Assembly: GCA_963726265.1 (NCBI GenBank)
Contig: CAVSBQ010000002.1
Span: 416,001 to 480,000 of the forward strand
Source: Candidatus Aenigmatarchaeota archaeon
GTDB taxonomy: Archaea; Aenigmatarchaeota; Aenigmatarchaeia; QMZP01; QMZT01
Direction: 5' to 3'
DNA length: 64,000 bases
The notes under the pieces are model-generated. The model did not search any database, was not told the origin of the DNA, and saw only the letters and a list, made by a program, of their open reading frames with translations. Shown piece after piece: positions 8,916-18,858 of this stretch. How positions within the stretch are numbered: the first letter of the stretch is position 1; every line of letters begins with the position of its first letter. A program made the translations under genes and the position numbers.

Positions 8916-9105
8916 TTAAGTCTTCTCGGAAGTATTTAAATACTTTTTTACCCTCTAAAAGTAGTGATATTTTGTTATTTTCATTACTTTCTTCGATGGC
9001 GCATCTTCTTGCGTCTCTTCTTCAGCTTGTGCTTCTTTATCTTTTTCCTTTTTCTTTTCTTCCGCAGGGAATACAAATCACCTGTATTATATTTGCATTT
9101 ACATC
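8916..9105. repeat. Direct repeat copy 2 (~190 bp)
   Basis: Near-identical to 8076-8267; 840-bp spacing. Confidence 0.95.
8984..9072 (-). pseudogene. bS22/COX24-like micro-protein, copy 2 (-1 frameshift in an A-run)
   Basis: Adding one A restores (M/I)PCGRKRKRKKIKKHKLKKRRKKMRHRRK*. Confidence 0.6.
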
Positions 9106-9129
9106 TTAATATTTGAATTGTGACCCCAA

Positions 9130-9273
9130 AGCCCCGGGCGAGGATTGAACTCGCGACCTTTCGCTTTCTGGAAGTCGAGTGACCAGCGAAGCGAAGCTAC
9201 TGGTTTTCGCTTAAGCCTTTTGAGTAAAAGGCTATTATACCAAGCGAACGCTCTACCACTGAGCTACCGAGGC
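9130..9273 (-). tRNA. tRNA-Thr(GGT) with 72-nt intron 9166-9237 at 37/38
   Basis: GCCTCGGTAGCTCAGTGGTAGAGCGTTCGCTTGGTA|AGCGAAAGGTCGCGAGTTCAATCCTCGCCCGGGGCT. Confidence 0.93.
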
Positions 9274-9327
9274 GGATAATATACAATAAGCTATCTTCTT
9301 TTTATTTGTTAGAACACGGCAGAACGC

Positions 9328-10122
9328 TTAAAACAGAAAAACCCTTTCCGTTTTTATTTTATCGCCCGCTTTTTTGCCGAGCGCTATTATCGAGCCGCTT
9401 CCGTCGAAGATGCCCACTGTCTGGTTTTCTTCCGCTTTTTCCATGCTCACTATGAAGTCGGAAAAAACTGGGCTGCCGTTCCTTATTTTCGCGATGGCTT
9501 CGTCGTTGACGACGACCTTTTTCAGGCCGACCCTTTTCAGCGCCTCTTCAAGGGGAAAAACGTTTTTTTCCGAGAGTTCGGAAAGTGGAATTGCCTCGCT
9601 GATTTCGAAAGGTCCTATCTTCGTCCTGCGCAGCTCCGTCATGTGGGCGCCGCAACCGAGGGACTGGCCTATGTCATGGACGAGCTTGCGTATGTATGTC
9701 CCCGCCTCGCACAGGACTTCGAACCCGATTTCGCGGCCTTCGATTTTCAGAATCTTAAGCGAGTGAATCGTTCGCTTGCGCTCGATACGTGCGACGCGCG
9801 ATTTCACGGGCGGCTTCTGCATTATCTCTCCAGTAAATTTTCTGAAGGCTTTTTCAAGCGCGGATTTTTCGATGTCTCCGTGGAGAAGCATTTCACCGAC
9901 GTATTCTTTGTCCATGCCCATGAGGACTGGCATCGCCTTCCTCGCTTCCTCGAGCGCGATGAGCATGAGACCCGTGACGTTCGGGTCAAGCGTCCCAGTA
10001 TGGCCGCCGCGGCTGGCGCCGAGGATTTTGCACGTCTTTTCCACGACGTCAAAACTGGTCATGCCAGCTGGCTTGTCAACAAGGACTACGCCTTTTTTCA
10101 GAATCTGGCCTGCCATATTCAT
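9328..10122 (-). CDS. cbf5: Cbf5/TruB pseudouridine synthase
   Basis: VDKPAGMTS, GHTGTLDPNVTG, EAGTYIRKL, C-terminal PUA domain. Confidence 0.93.
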   Translation of the reverse strand: MNMAGQILKKGVVLVDKPAGMTSFDVVEKTCKILGASRGGHTGTLDPNVTGLMLIALEEARKAMPVLMGMDKEYVGEMLLHGDIEKSALEKAFRKFTGEIMQKPPVKSRVARIERKRTIHSLKILKIEGREIGFEVLCEAGTYIRKLVHDIGQSLGCGAHMTELRRTKIGPFEISEAIPLSELSEKNVFPLEEALKRVGLKKVVVNDEAIAKIRNGSPVFSDFIVSMEKAEENQTVGIFDGSGSIIALGKKAGDKIKTERVFLF

Positions 10123-10754
10123 TCAATCAATTTTACAATCTTAGGGATTTCATCCTCAACTTTTATCAGATTCAGATCGATTTTGCTTATGTAATTGTCC
10201 CTTAAGGCAGTGGATTCAAGCCAATCAAAAAGACCTTCCCAGTACTTTTTACCAACGCAAATCAGCGGCACCTGGTCGACGATGCCGTTCTGCATCAGCA
10301 TTGCGTTTTCGAGCAGCTCGTTAAGCGTGCCGAAGCCGCCGGGATAGTATATGATTGCCTCTGATTTTATCAGCATTATGAACCTCCTCGCAAAGAAGAA
10401 GTGAAAACGCAGGACGTCTGTATATAGCTTTTCCGTGACTTTTTCATTCACCAGTAAATCAGCCTTGCACCCTATGGATTTCGTTTTCGCGTCCATCGCA
10501 CCCGAGTTCGCCGCGTGCATTATTCCCGGTCCTCCGCCGGTCATTATCGCATAGTCCTTCTTGCCCAATTCAAAGGCAAGTTTTCTTGCATGCTCGTAAT
10601 ATTTGTTTCCGGGCTTGATTCTGGCAGAGCCCTGAAAAACAACGATTTCTGAATCTATCTTTCTGAGCAGACCCAAGCCGGCTTTTATTTCGCTGCTAGC
10701 CTTGCCCACTGTCCATTCGTCGTGATAAATCTTGTTCTTGTGGAATCTGACCAT
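10119..10754 (-). CDS. LOG family nucleotide phosphoribohydrolase
   Basis: GSAR, TGGGPGIM, PGGFGTLNE. Confidence 0.9.
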   Translation of the reverse strand: MVRFHKNKIYHDEWTVGKASSEIKAGLGLLRKIDSEIVVFQGSARIKPGNKYYEHARKLAFELGKKDYAIMTGGGPGIMHAANSGAMDAKTKSIGCKADLLVNEKVTEKLYTDVLRFHFFFARRFIMLIKSEAIIYYPGGFGTLNELLENAMLMQNGIVDQVPLICVGKKYWEGLFDWLESTALRDNYISKIDLNLIKVEDEIPKIVKLIE

Positions 10755-10788
10755 AATAATAATTGAGATTATTTTTAAAAAGAAAAAA

Positions 10789-11622
10789 CTATTCAGCTTC
10801 CTGCTTTTTCTTGTTTTCCTTCGTTTCTGCTTTCTCAACCTTCTGTTTCCTGACCGCCTTTTTCCTTTCTTTATTCGGGGCCGCTTCCTTTTCAGCGGGC
10901 TTTTCCTCGGCCACCGCCTCTTCCTCGGCCTTCTCGGGCCTGGCGGCGTGGAACTCCGGCGATTTAAGCACCTTTATCCTCGCTATTTCAGAGAACCTGA
11001 CGGGATAAACCTTGCTGCCCGTCTTCTTGAGCATCATCTGCATTTCCGTCGTAAGCACTTTCCTCACGAACTCGCCCATGTCGCTTTTGCCAGCGAAATC
11101 GTTGAAGAAGCTGGCCGTAAGGTGTCTCATTTTGGTTTCTATGTTGGCCACCGGCTTGCCGTTGAGTATGGTCCACGGCTTTATCCTGAGTATCCATCCG
11201 TCCTTGGTTGTGACGTCGACGACCGTCTCGACCTTCTGGTTCCTTTTCCTGATCATCCTTAACAGGTGGTCCCTCGTGCATTCCAGACCTCCGAAGGATG
11301 TCAGGCACGTCTTGCCCTCGACCTTCATGATTCTTACAAGTATCTTCATGTAGTATTTGGCGCCGTCTCCTGTTATGTCAGGGACGCCGACTTCCATCAA
11401 TCTTCCTATCAGCGATTCCGGGTCGGTCGCAGGCGTCTGGCCCAGGACTTTCGCTCCGAATTCCCTAGGAGCCAATATATTGAACCAGTCCTTGCCTTTC
11501 CATTTTTTGACCAGTATCTTTTCTTCCAACTGGTCCGGAGTGGCTTCCTTCTCCAGCTTCGCTTCCTTCTTCTCTTCCTTCTGTTCCTCTTCCTTCAGCC
11601 TCGGTTTGTTCTTCATGCCCAT
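10789..11622 (-). CDS. rps3ae: 30S ribosomal protein eS1 (S3Ae) with charged extensions
   Basis: KWKGKDWFNILAP..., KVYPVRFSEIARIKV. Confidence 0.92.
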   Translation of the reverse strand: MGMKNKPRLKEEEQKEEKKEAKLEKEATPDQLEEKILVKKWKGKDWFNILAPREFGAKVLGQTPATDPESLIGRLMEVGVPDITGDGAKYYMKILVRIMKVEGKTCLTSFGGLECTRDHLLRMIRKRNQKVETVVDVTTKDGWILRIKPWTILNGKPVANIETKMRHLTASFFNDFAGKSDMGEFVRKVLTTEMQMMLKKTGSKVYPVRFSEIARIKVLKSPEFHAARPEKAEEEAVAEEKPAEKEAAPNKERKKAVRKQKVEKAETKENKKKQEAE

Positions 11623-13027
11623 GTTTTGCACCAATAACAGATGTAAGTATTAGTTCAGTCATATTTATAAATTCCTCCTGCTTCTCCCGGGGTATCACGG
11701 CCGCCGCGGCGCCCATGTGGCCGCCGCCCTCACCGCCCAGCTTTTCTGAGACCGAGCTCATTATCTCGTTCAGCCTGAGGCCGTTCGCAACGAGCGCATC
11801 GCTCGCCCTGGCGGATATCTTTATCCCGTCCTCGGCATGCGCTATGCCGAACAGCGGCTTCTCCGGGAAGAGACCGGAATGGTTCATTATGGATATGACG
11901 TTCGATATCATGTGCTCCGAAACTTTGTCTCCGGCGAACACGTAAATGCCGTTCCTGCTCTTTACGATTTCGGGATTTTTCATGTTGGCCTCTATCCAGT
12001 TCACTCCTCGTCCTATCTCCCGCCTGTAGCTCTCGAGTATCGTTTTCACGTTTTCGAAGGCGCTTTTCACGTTCAGGCAAAGGGCGATTCCCAGGCTCGC
12101 GCGCTCCATCTTGCCGCAGGCGTTGAGCATGGTGGCGAACTCGTTCGCGTCGCGGAAGTCGCCTTCCTTGTCCAGCAGCTCGTAGACGTCGCCGAAGATG
12201 TATTCGGGGTTCTCGCGATTCGCTATGACGCGCTCCTTTATTATGCCGCCCGCGAGCGTCTGCTGCTCCTCCGGCGAAAGGTCGGCTATGGTCCTCCAAT
12301 CCTCGCCCTTCTTGGCGGGGATGCCGAGATCGTGAAGGAACTGGATGCCCGACGACTCGGAACCGGTTATGCCCGGAATGTAGGGGTCGATCGAATACGC
12401 GAGCGCCTTGTGCAACGGGCGCGTATAACGCCCCCATAAACGAAGGCCCTTTGAGACGCGTATCTTGCCCTTCGCCTCCGAGTCTTTCAATATCTCCCTG
12501 TTAAGGCCGGAAAGCCCCCAGTTGACGCCTATCGCGTCTATCTGGGAGTCGCCTATCGCGCCTATGACTGCGAGAGGCGCGAGGTCCGTGTTGTTCGCAT
12601 CGATGGTCTTCGCAAGAAGATACGTCACGCCCGAGCCGGCTATGTTGCTCTCCACGCCGAGCGCCGTGGAATTTATGTGGACTATGTTTTCATTCGCTTC
12701 TCCGCCAGGCTGGTGGTGGTCGCATATTATGACCTTTGAGCCAGGCAGGTGATGTTTTATGAGCTCTATCTGACCGGAGCCCATGTCAAGAAAGACGAAA
12801 AGATTTCGCTTCTCGTTCGCGAGCGCTTCCAGGACGCGCCTGCTCAGCTGCTTCACGTTCGTGGCGTGGAAATCCTTGCCGAGGCGCGAAAGCGTTTTGA
12901 TCATTATCGCCGCCGAGCATATGCCGTCCGCGTCGTAATGCGAGACGACGCGTATCTGCTGCGCTTCGCTTATCCATGTCTTCGCCTTTTCTGCTTCGCC
13001 TGTGATGCGCTTCAGACCTTCCTGCAT
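11465..13027 (-). CDS. RecJ-like DHH phosphoesterase
   Basis: HYDADG, DMGSG, CDHH, GAIGD, GGGH motifs; upstream of rps3ae as in many archaea. Confidence 0.92.
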   Translation of the reverse strand: MQEGLKRITGEAEKAKTWISEAQQIRVVSHYDADGICSAAIMIKTLSRLGKDFHATNVKQLSRRVLEALANEKRNLFVFLDMGSGQIELIKHHLPGSKVIICDHHQPGGEANENIVHINSTALGVESNIAGSGVTYLLAKTIDANNTDLAPLAVIGAIGDSQIDAIGVNWGLSGLNREILKDSEAKGKIRVSKGLRLWGRYTRPLHKALAYSIDPYIPGITGSESSGIQFLHDLGIPAKKGEDWRTIADLSPEEQQTLAGGIIKERVIANRENPEYIFGDVYELLDKEGDFRDANEFATMLNACGKMERASLGIALCLNVKSAFENVKTILESYRREIGRGVNWIEANMKNPEIVKSRNGIYVFAGDKVSEHMISNVISIMNHSGLFPEKPLFGIAHAEDGIKISARASDALVANGLRLNEIMSSVSEKLGGEGGGHMGAAAAVIPREKQEEFINMTELILTSVIGAKHGHEEQTEAEGRGTEGREEGSEAGEGSHSGPVGRKDTGQKMERQGLVQYIGS

Positions 13028-13125
13028 TGCGACCAGTTTTATAATGAAATGTCCAGTTATTTATTCTTGAGTCACGCCTTCGCCATCCGATTATTTTTTT
13101 AAGCCAGTGATGAAAACTAATTGTT

Positions 13126-15210
13126 ATGACCGGCAAGACTCTCATAACCGCGGCCCTGATTTACGCGAACGGGCCAGTCCATCTCGGACATCTGGTGGAA
13201 TACATCCAGACCGACGTCTATACCCGCTACCTGAAGCTCAAGGGCATCGACGCCGTCTACTGCTGCGCTGACGATACGCATGGCACGCCCATCGAAGTCG
13301 CGGCGATGAAGGCCGGCCTCGCTCCGGAGGAATTCATAAAGACCTGGTACAAACAGCACACCAGGGATTTCGCCGGCTTCCTCATCCACTTCGACAGCTA
13401 TTACACCACTCACTCGAAGGAGAACGAGAACTTCACCAACATGATTTTCAAGGCGCTCAAGGAGGGCGGCCACATCTACAAGAAGAACCTGAAGCAGCTC
13501 TACTGCGAGAAGTGCAAACGCTTTCTTCCGGACAGGTTCGTGAAAGGCGTATGCCCGAAATGCGGGGCAGAGGACCAGTATGGCGACGTATGCGAGGCGT
13601 GCGGCTCGACCTACAAGCCCATAGACCTGAAAGCGCCGTTCTGCAGCATATGCAAGGCCAGGCCGGTGATGAAAGATTCCGACCATTACTTCTTTAAACT
13701 GAGCGCGTTCTCCGATCGTCTGCGCGAGTGGCTGAAAGCGAACGACGCGCTTCAGAGCGACATAAAGAATTACGTGCTCTCATGGATAGATAAGGGCCTG
13801 GAAGACTGGTGCATTTCGAGGGACGCGCCTTATTTCGGCTTCAAAATCCCGGGCGAGAAGGACAAGTATTTCTACGTCTGGCTGGACGCGCCGATAGGCT
13901 ACATCGCATCGACCGAAAACTTCTGCACCCACAGCTACTGCTCGACGCTCGGTGATTACTGGAAGTCCAAGCATTCGAGAATCGTCCATTTCATCGGCAA
14001 GGATATCGCCTACTTCCATCTTATATTCTGGCCCGCGGTCCTCATGGGCGCTGGTTTCAAGACTCCGGATAACGTCGTGGTCCACGGCTTCCTTACAGTG
14101 AACGGGGAGAAGATGTCCAAGTCGAGGGGGACGTTCATCACGGCGCGCGAATACCTGGAAACGCTGGACCCGGAGTTCCTGCGCTATCATTATGCCTCGA
14201 ACCTCACCCACACGACGAGCGACATCGACCTGAGCTTCGAGGACTTCAAGAGCAGGGTCAACAACGAGCTCATAGGCAACATAGCTAACTTCTGCTATCG
14301 AACCCTGAGTTTTGTCGATAAATATGCCGGCGGCAAGGTAGGCAAGCTCGGCAAGAAGAACAGCGACCTCATGGTTCTGGAAAGGATAAACGACATCGTG
14401 AGGAAGATGGACAAGCAGTACTCGGCCTTCGAGTTCCGCGAGGCGCTGAAATGCGTAATAGAGATAAGCAACATCGGCAACCGCTACTTCCAGGACAACG
14501 AACCGTGGAGGCTCGCCAAGGAGAAGAACAAGGAGCGCCTGGAAGAGGTGCTTGCGCTTTCCGTGAACATAGTCAGGAAGCTCGCGATATTGCTGAACCC
14601 GGTCCTGCCGAAGTTCTCCGATAAAATAGCGAAGCAGCTTAACCTCAAGGAGCTTAAATGGGACGACGTACGGCATTCGCTAGAAGACCACAAGATAGGC
14701 AAGCCGGAGATAGTCTTCAGAAAGGTCGAGAAAATCGAGTTCTCCGACCCGTTCGCGACGCTCGATCTGCGCGTCGCGAAGATAGACAAGGTCGAGGACC
14801 ATCCTGATGCAGAAAAATTATACGTGCTCTACGTCGACCTCGGCAGCGAGAAACGAACGCTGGTCGCAGGCCTGAAAGACAAGTATTCGAAAAGCGAGCT
14901 CAAGGGGAAGCACATAGTCGTCGTATGCAACCTGAAGAAGGCGAAGCTTAAGGGCGTCGAATCGGAAGGCATGCTGCTCGCCGCAGATGACGGGAAGGAC
15001 GTCGGTCTCATCTTATCGAAGGGCAGGCCGGGCGCGAGCGTGACCATCGACGGCGTGGAAAAACGACCGGCGAAAGAGCTCACCATCAAGGACTTCGAGA
15101 AGTTTGAGCTGAAGAGCAGGGACGGCAAGGTTTATTACAAGGACAAAATTCTGAAGACGCAAGAAGGCGACGTGCACGTCGACAAGAAGATAGAAGGCAA
15201 AGTTAGATGA
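13126..15210 (+). CDS. metG: Methionine-tRNA ligase
   Basis: YANGPVHLGH, zinc knuckles, KMSKS, C-terminal tRNA-binding OB domain. Confidence 0.98.
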   Translation: MTGKTLITAALIYANGPVHLGHLVEYIQTDVYTRYLKLKGIDAVYCCADDTHGTPIEVAAMKAGLAPEEFIKTWYKQHTRDFAGFLIHFDSYYTTHSKENENFTNMIFKALKEGGHIYKKNLKQLYCEKCKRFLPDRFVKGVCPKCGAEDQYGDVCEACGSTYKPIDLKAPFCSICKARPVMKDSDHYFFKLSAFSDRLREWLKANDALQSDIKNYVLSWIDKGLEDWCISRDAPYFGFKIPGEKDKYFYVWLDAPIGYIASTENFCTHSYCSTLGDYWKSKHSRIVHFIGKDIAYFHLIFWPAVLMGAGFKTPDNVVVHGFLTVNGEKMSKSRGTFITAREYLETLDPEFLRYHYASNLTHTTSDIDLSFEDFKSRVNNELIGNIANFCYRTLSFVDKYAGGKVGKLGKKNSDLMVLERINDIVRKMDKQYSAFEFREALKCVIEISNIGNRYFQDNEPWRLAKEKNKERLEEVLALSVNIVRKLAILLNPVLPKFSDKIAKQLNLKELKWDDVRHSLEDHKIGKPEIVFRKVEKIEFSDPFATLDLRVAKIDKVEDHPDAEKLYVLYVDLGSEKRTLVAGLKDKYSKSELKGKHIVVVCNLKKAKLKGVESEGMLLAADDGKDVGLILSKGRPGASVTIDGVEKRPAKELTIKDFEKFELKSRDGKVYYKDKILKTQEGDVHVDKKIEGKVR

Positions 15211-15265
15211 ATATCATCTCTGGAAACGATTTTTAAACCCAAAACCGATTATTCTTGGTGATTCC

Positions 15266-16468
15266 ATGCTCATAGGTCTGATTGGCAAGACAAATACTGG
15301 CAAATCGACTTTTCTAAAGGCATTAACCCTTGTAGATGTGGAAATTTCGAACAGGGTTTTCACCACAATTGAGCCGAATCACGCGGTCGGTTATGTCAAG
15401 GCGAAATGCCCTGCGGTCAAGGTCGGAACGCCCTGCAAGCCGAACGTCGGCTACTGCAAGCACGGGATAAGATTCATTCCAGTCGAACTGCTTGACGTCG
15501 CAGGTCTCGTGCCGGGCGCGCACATGGGCAAAGGTCTCGGCCTCAAATTCCTTGATGACCTCCGCCAGGCGGACGCATTTATTCACGTTATTGATGCATC
15601 GGGCTCGACGAACGAGAACGGCGAGCCGGTCGCATGCGGCAGCTATGACCCTGCGAAGGACGTCCGCTTCCTCGAGGAGGAGATTGGCTACTGGTTCTTC
15701 GGCATGCTTAAGAAGAACTGGACGAAGTTCTCGAAGGAAGTCGAGATGAACAAGAAGAACATCACAGAGTCGCTGGTCCAGCAGTTTTCAGGCCTCAAGG
15801 TAACCGAAGACCAGATAAAGAAAACGCTGGATAAATTAGGCCTCCACGGCACGTCACCGGTGAAGTGGAGCGACAGCGACCTCTGCCGCTTCGCCTTCGA
15901 ACTGCGCAAGCTCTCGAAGCGCATGATAATCGCCGCGAACAAAATCGACGTGCCGGGCGCGGACAAAAATGTCGAGCGGCTGAGGGAAGAATTCCCCAAC
16001 TACACGATAATCCCCTGCTCGGCCGAAAGCGAGCTCGCGCTGAAGGAGGCGGAGAAACACGACCTCATAAAATATCTGCCTGGCAGCAGGGATTTTGAAA
16101 TAACGCAGCCGGATAAGCTCACCGACAAGCAGAAGAAGGCGCTGGACTTCGTGAAAAGGAACATCCTGGAAAAACACGGCTCTACGGGCGTGCAGGAGTG
16201 CCTGGACAAGGTCATATTCGGCGTGATGGATTACATCGTGGCTTATCCCGTCGCCAACCTGAACAAGATGACGGACAAGAAAGGCAACGTCCTTCCCGAT
16301 GCGCTGCTCGTGCCGAAGGGAACGAGCCTGAAAGAATTCGCCGCAAAGATCCACACCGCAATGGCGGACAAGTTCATCGGAGGCATCGATTTCGAGACGA
16401 AGCGCAAGCTCGGCGCGGAGCACGAGGTCAGGGACGGCGACGTGATAGAGATTCTTTTCGGGAAGTAA
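15266..16468 (+). CDS. ychF: YchF/Ola1-related Obg-family NTPase
   Basis: [33 protein letters not shown] domain. Confidence 0.93.
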   Translation: MLIGLIGKTNTGKSTFLKALTLVDVEISNRVFTTIEPNHAVGYVKAKCPAVKVGTPCKPNVGYCKHGIRFIPVELLDVAGLVPGAHMGKGLGLKFLDDLRQADAFIHVIDASGSTNENGEPVACGSYDPAKDVRFLEEEIGYWFFGMLKKNWTKFSKEVEMNKKNITESLVQQFSGLKVTEDQIKKTLDKLGLHGTSPVKWSDSDLCRFAFELRKLSKRMIIAANKIDVPGADKNVERLREEFPNYTIIPCSAESELALKEAEKHDLIKYLPGSRDFEITQPDKLTDKQKKALDFVKRNILEKHGSTGVQECLDKVIFGVMDYIVAYPVANLNKMTDKKGNVLPDALLVPKGTSLKEFAAKIHTAMADKFIGGIDFETKRKLGAEHEVRDGDVIEILFGK

Positions 16469-16476
16469 TCATTTCT

Positions 16477-17754
16477 CTACCTGTATTCGCTGTCTGTCTG
16501 GTATTCGGACTTGAAGACGTATTCGCTCTTGACGCTGTATGTGTTATCCAGAATCGTCTCGGCGCTGACTTCGTACCTGTTCTTTTCCTCATCTTTGATT
16601 TCCTCGATTTTGGGCGGCTTGAACTCAACCAGCGTTTCCTCTTCATATTCGTATTTTGTCTGGTTCAGGGTTGATGACTGGAATCTCCATAACAGCTTCC
16701 CTTCCATGGTAAGGCAATACAGGTGACAGTCATATGAACCGAAATAAATTCTGTTGTTGGCTATCAGCGGGTTGCTCCATATTTTGCCGCCTGTTCTTAA
16801 TCTCCATATTTCTTTGCCCGTGTTTTTGTCGAGGCAATAAAAATTGTCATCAGAAGAACCAAAAAACAACTTCTCTCCGAAAATGATCGCGTCGCTTCCT
16901 CCTTCGTCATGCCCTGTCTCAAATCTCCAGATTACTTTCACTGTTCCAATATCAACTGCGTACAAAGTCTTGTCATGGGAATGAATGTAGAGCACTCCAT
17001 TGTGCGCAATCGGAACAGCGTTGACGAATCCGCCTGTCCTGAACCTGAATTTTTCCTTTCCATTGTGAATGTCGACGCCGTAGACGTTGAAATCATCAGA
17101 ACCGAAATATATGACTCCGTCCTCCGCAGAAAACCTGTTCTGCGAGAATATGTTGCCCGATGTTTTGAAGCGCCATTTCTCCTTCCCTTCCAGATCAAGG
17201 CAGTAAAAGTTTGTATCAGACGAACCAACGAAAATCCTGCCATCTGCAAATGTGGGGCTTGACGCTGTCCAGCCGCCGGTTCTGAAAGCCCATATCATTC
17301 TGCCACTTTCGCAGTCCAGACAATAAATGTGGAAATCCTTCGACGTGAATATCACTTTGTTCCCGACGACCAAGGCAGAAGAACCGAATATCTTGTCTCC
17401 TGTGCGGAAGCGCCAGATCTCTTTGCCTGTCTTTGAATCTATGCAATAGAAGTTGTGGTCGTAATTGCCTACGAACAATTTTCCCTTCCAGTATGCGGGA
17501 AACGGGTCAACAAAAGGCGCCTCTGCTTTGAATTTCCAAACCAATTTGCCTGTTTCAGGGTTTATGGCATACAGGTATCCGTCCTGGGCGGCGATGAAAA
17601 GCTTATCCTCGTAAATCACAGGAGCGGCGTCTATGCTTCCGCCACCCTCATGTATGTGCCATATCCTGTAGGCTTTTTTGTTTTTCTTCGCAAAATCGCC
17701 CAGGTCGAACTCTGAACCAATGGTCGACATGAACAGATCGTCGCGTGGAGCCAT
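16477..17754 (-). CDS. PQQ-binding-like beta-propeller repeat protein
   Basis: Repeated GSxDxxxYCLDxxTGKEIWRFxT. Confidence 0.92.
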   Translation of the reverse strand: MAPRDDLFMSTIGSEFDLGDFAKKNKKAYRIWHIHEGGGSIDAAPVIYEDKLFIAAQDGYLYAINPETGKLVWKFKAEAPFVDPFPAYWKGKLFVGNYDHNFYCIDSKTGKEIWRFRTGDKIFGSSALVVGNKVIFTSKDFHIYCLDCESGRMIWAFRTGGWTASSPTFADGRIFVGSSDTNFYCLDLEGKEKWRFKTSGNIFSQNRFSAEDGVIYFGSDDFNVYGVDIHNGKEKFRFRTGGFVNAVPIAHNGVLYIHSHDKTLYAVDIGTVKVIWRFETGHDEGGSDAIIFGEKLFFGSSDDNFYCLDKNTGKEIWRLRTGGKIWSNPLIANNRIYFGSYDCHLYCLTMEGKLLWRFQSSTLNQTKYEYEEETLVEFKPPKIEEIKDEEKNRYEVSAETILDNTYSVKSEYVFKSEYQTDSEYR

Positions 17755-17811
17755 AACCAAGTTTTATTTAAAAGATTAATAATGTTTAAGTGGAGTAGTA
17801 AAAGGGATTGT

Positions 17812-18537
17812 ATGCTTTATTTGATTGGCCTTGGCCTGTGGGACGAGAATGACATTTCCCTTCGTGGCGTCGAAGCCTGCAAACGGGCGGACAGGGTCTA
17901 CTGCGAGCTCTACACGGCCGCGTGGGGCGGCGACCTGGAAAAACTGGGAAAAATAATCGGCAAAGGGATTGAGCCGCTCGAGCGGGCGGACGTCGAGGAG
18001 CGTTCGGGGAAACTTATAGCAGAAGCGAAGGTGAAAAACATCGCGCTCCTCGTTCCGGGCGACCCGCTCACTGCGACGACGCACGTCCATCTCCTGATGG
18101 AATGCAGGGGAAAGCACATCGCCTTCGAAATTGTTCATTCTTCTTCGATTTATACAGCAGTCGCGAGGACCGGGCTGCAGCTCTACAAGTTCGGCAGGAC
18201 CGCGACCGTGATTACGCCTAAAAAGGGTTACGAGAGCATCGGTTTCTACGATACTATTGCTGAAAACCAGAAACTGGGACTGCACACGCTCCTGCTGCTC
18301 GACAGGGACATGGGCACCAGGCAGGCGCTCGAAATCCTCAGCGGCATCGAAAAAAAGAAAAGGGGGAAGCTGCTGAAGCACGCCGTCATCTGCTCCGCGC
18401 TGGGCTCGGAGAACGAAAGGATGATGTACGGGAAGGTTGACAGCCTGCTCAGGATCGACCTGCCTCCGCCGGCAGCCGTAATCGTGCCTGGGAAGCTGCA
18501 TTTCTTGGAGAAGGAGTTTCTGGATACTTTTCGTTAG
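17812..18537 (+). CDS. dph5: Diphthine synthase
   Basis: MLYLIGLGL, GDPLTATTH, GLQLYKFG, GLHTLLLLD, PGKLHFLE. Confidence 0.96.
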   Translation: MLYLIGLGLWDENDISLRGVEACKRADRVYCELYTAAWGGDLEKLGKIIGKGIEPLERADVEERSGKLIAEAKVKNIALLVPGDPLTATTHVHLLMECRGKHIAFEIVHSSSIYTAVARTGLQLYKFGRTATVITPKKGYESIGFYDTIAENQKLGLHTLLLLDRDMGTRQALEILSGIEKKKRGKLLKHAVICSALGSENERMMYGKVDSLLRIDLPPPAAVIVPGKLHFLEKEFLDTFR

Positions 18538-18539
18538 AT

Positions 18540-18785
18540 TCAGCTGATTTCCCTGTAGAACGAGACGTCTATCGCGACTATTATTATGCCCGCGACCAGT
18601 ATGAGGATTATCAGGAGCAAAACGGTGACCAACGGGCTGACGTAAGCGAAGGAGTAGGCGGCCAGGTATATCAGAAGCGATACGACGGCGATGGCCAGTA
18701 TCACGACTATGTATCTCAGCTTCCTGCTGAACTGCTTCACATGGACCTCGTCCGGTTTGAATGCCATAACATAACCCGATATCAT
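18540..18785 (-). CDS. Small two-TM membrane protein
   Basis: Hydrophobic ORF. Confidence 0.6.
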   Translation of the reverse strand: MISGYVMAFKPDEVHVKQFSRKLRYIVVILAIAVVSLLIYLAAYSFAYVSPLVTVLLLIILILVAGIIIVAIDVSFYREIS

Positions 18786-18858
18786 AACCCGGAATCACAA
18801 TACATATATATATTTAAATAATGTTAACATAAATAATTGTCATTCGCGGAGCCAGAAT

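Noticed and set aside
8076..9105. Repeats as attL/attR of a tRNA-integrated element or as a CRISPR array
   Set aside because: They do not match the tRNA 3' end, no integrase is present, and the size and copy number do not fit CRISPR
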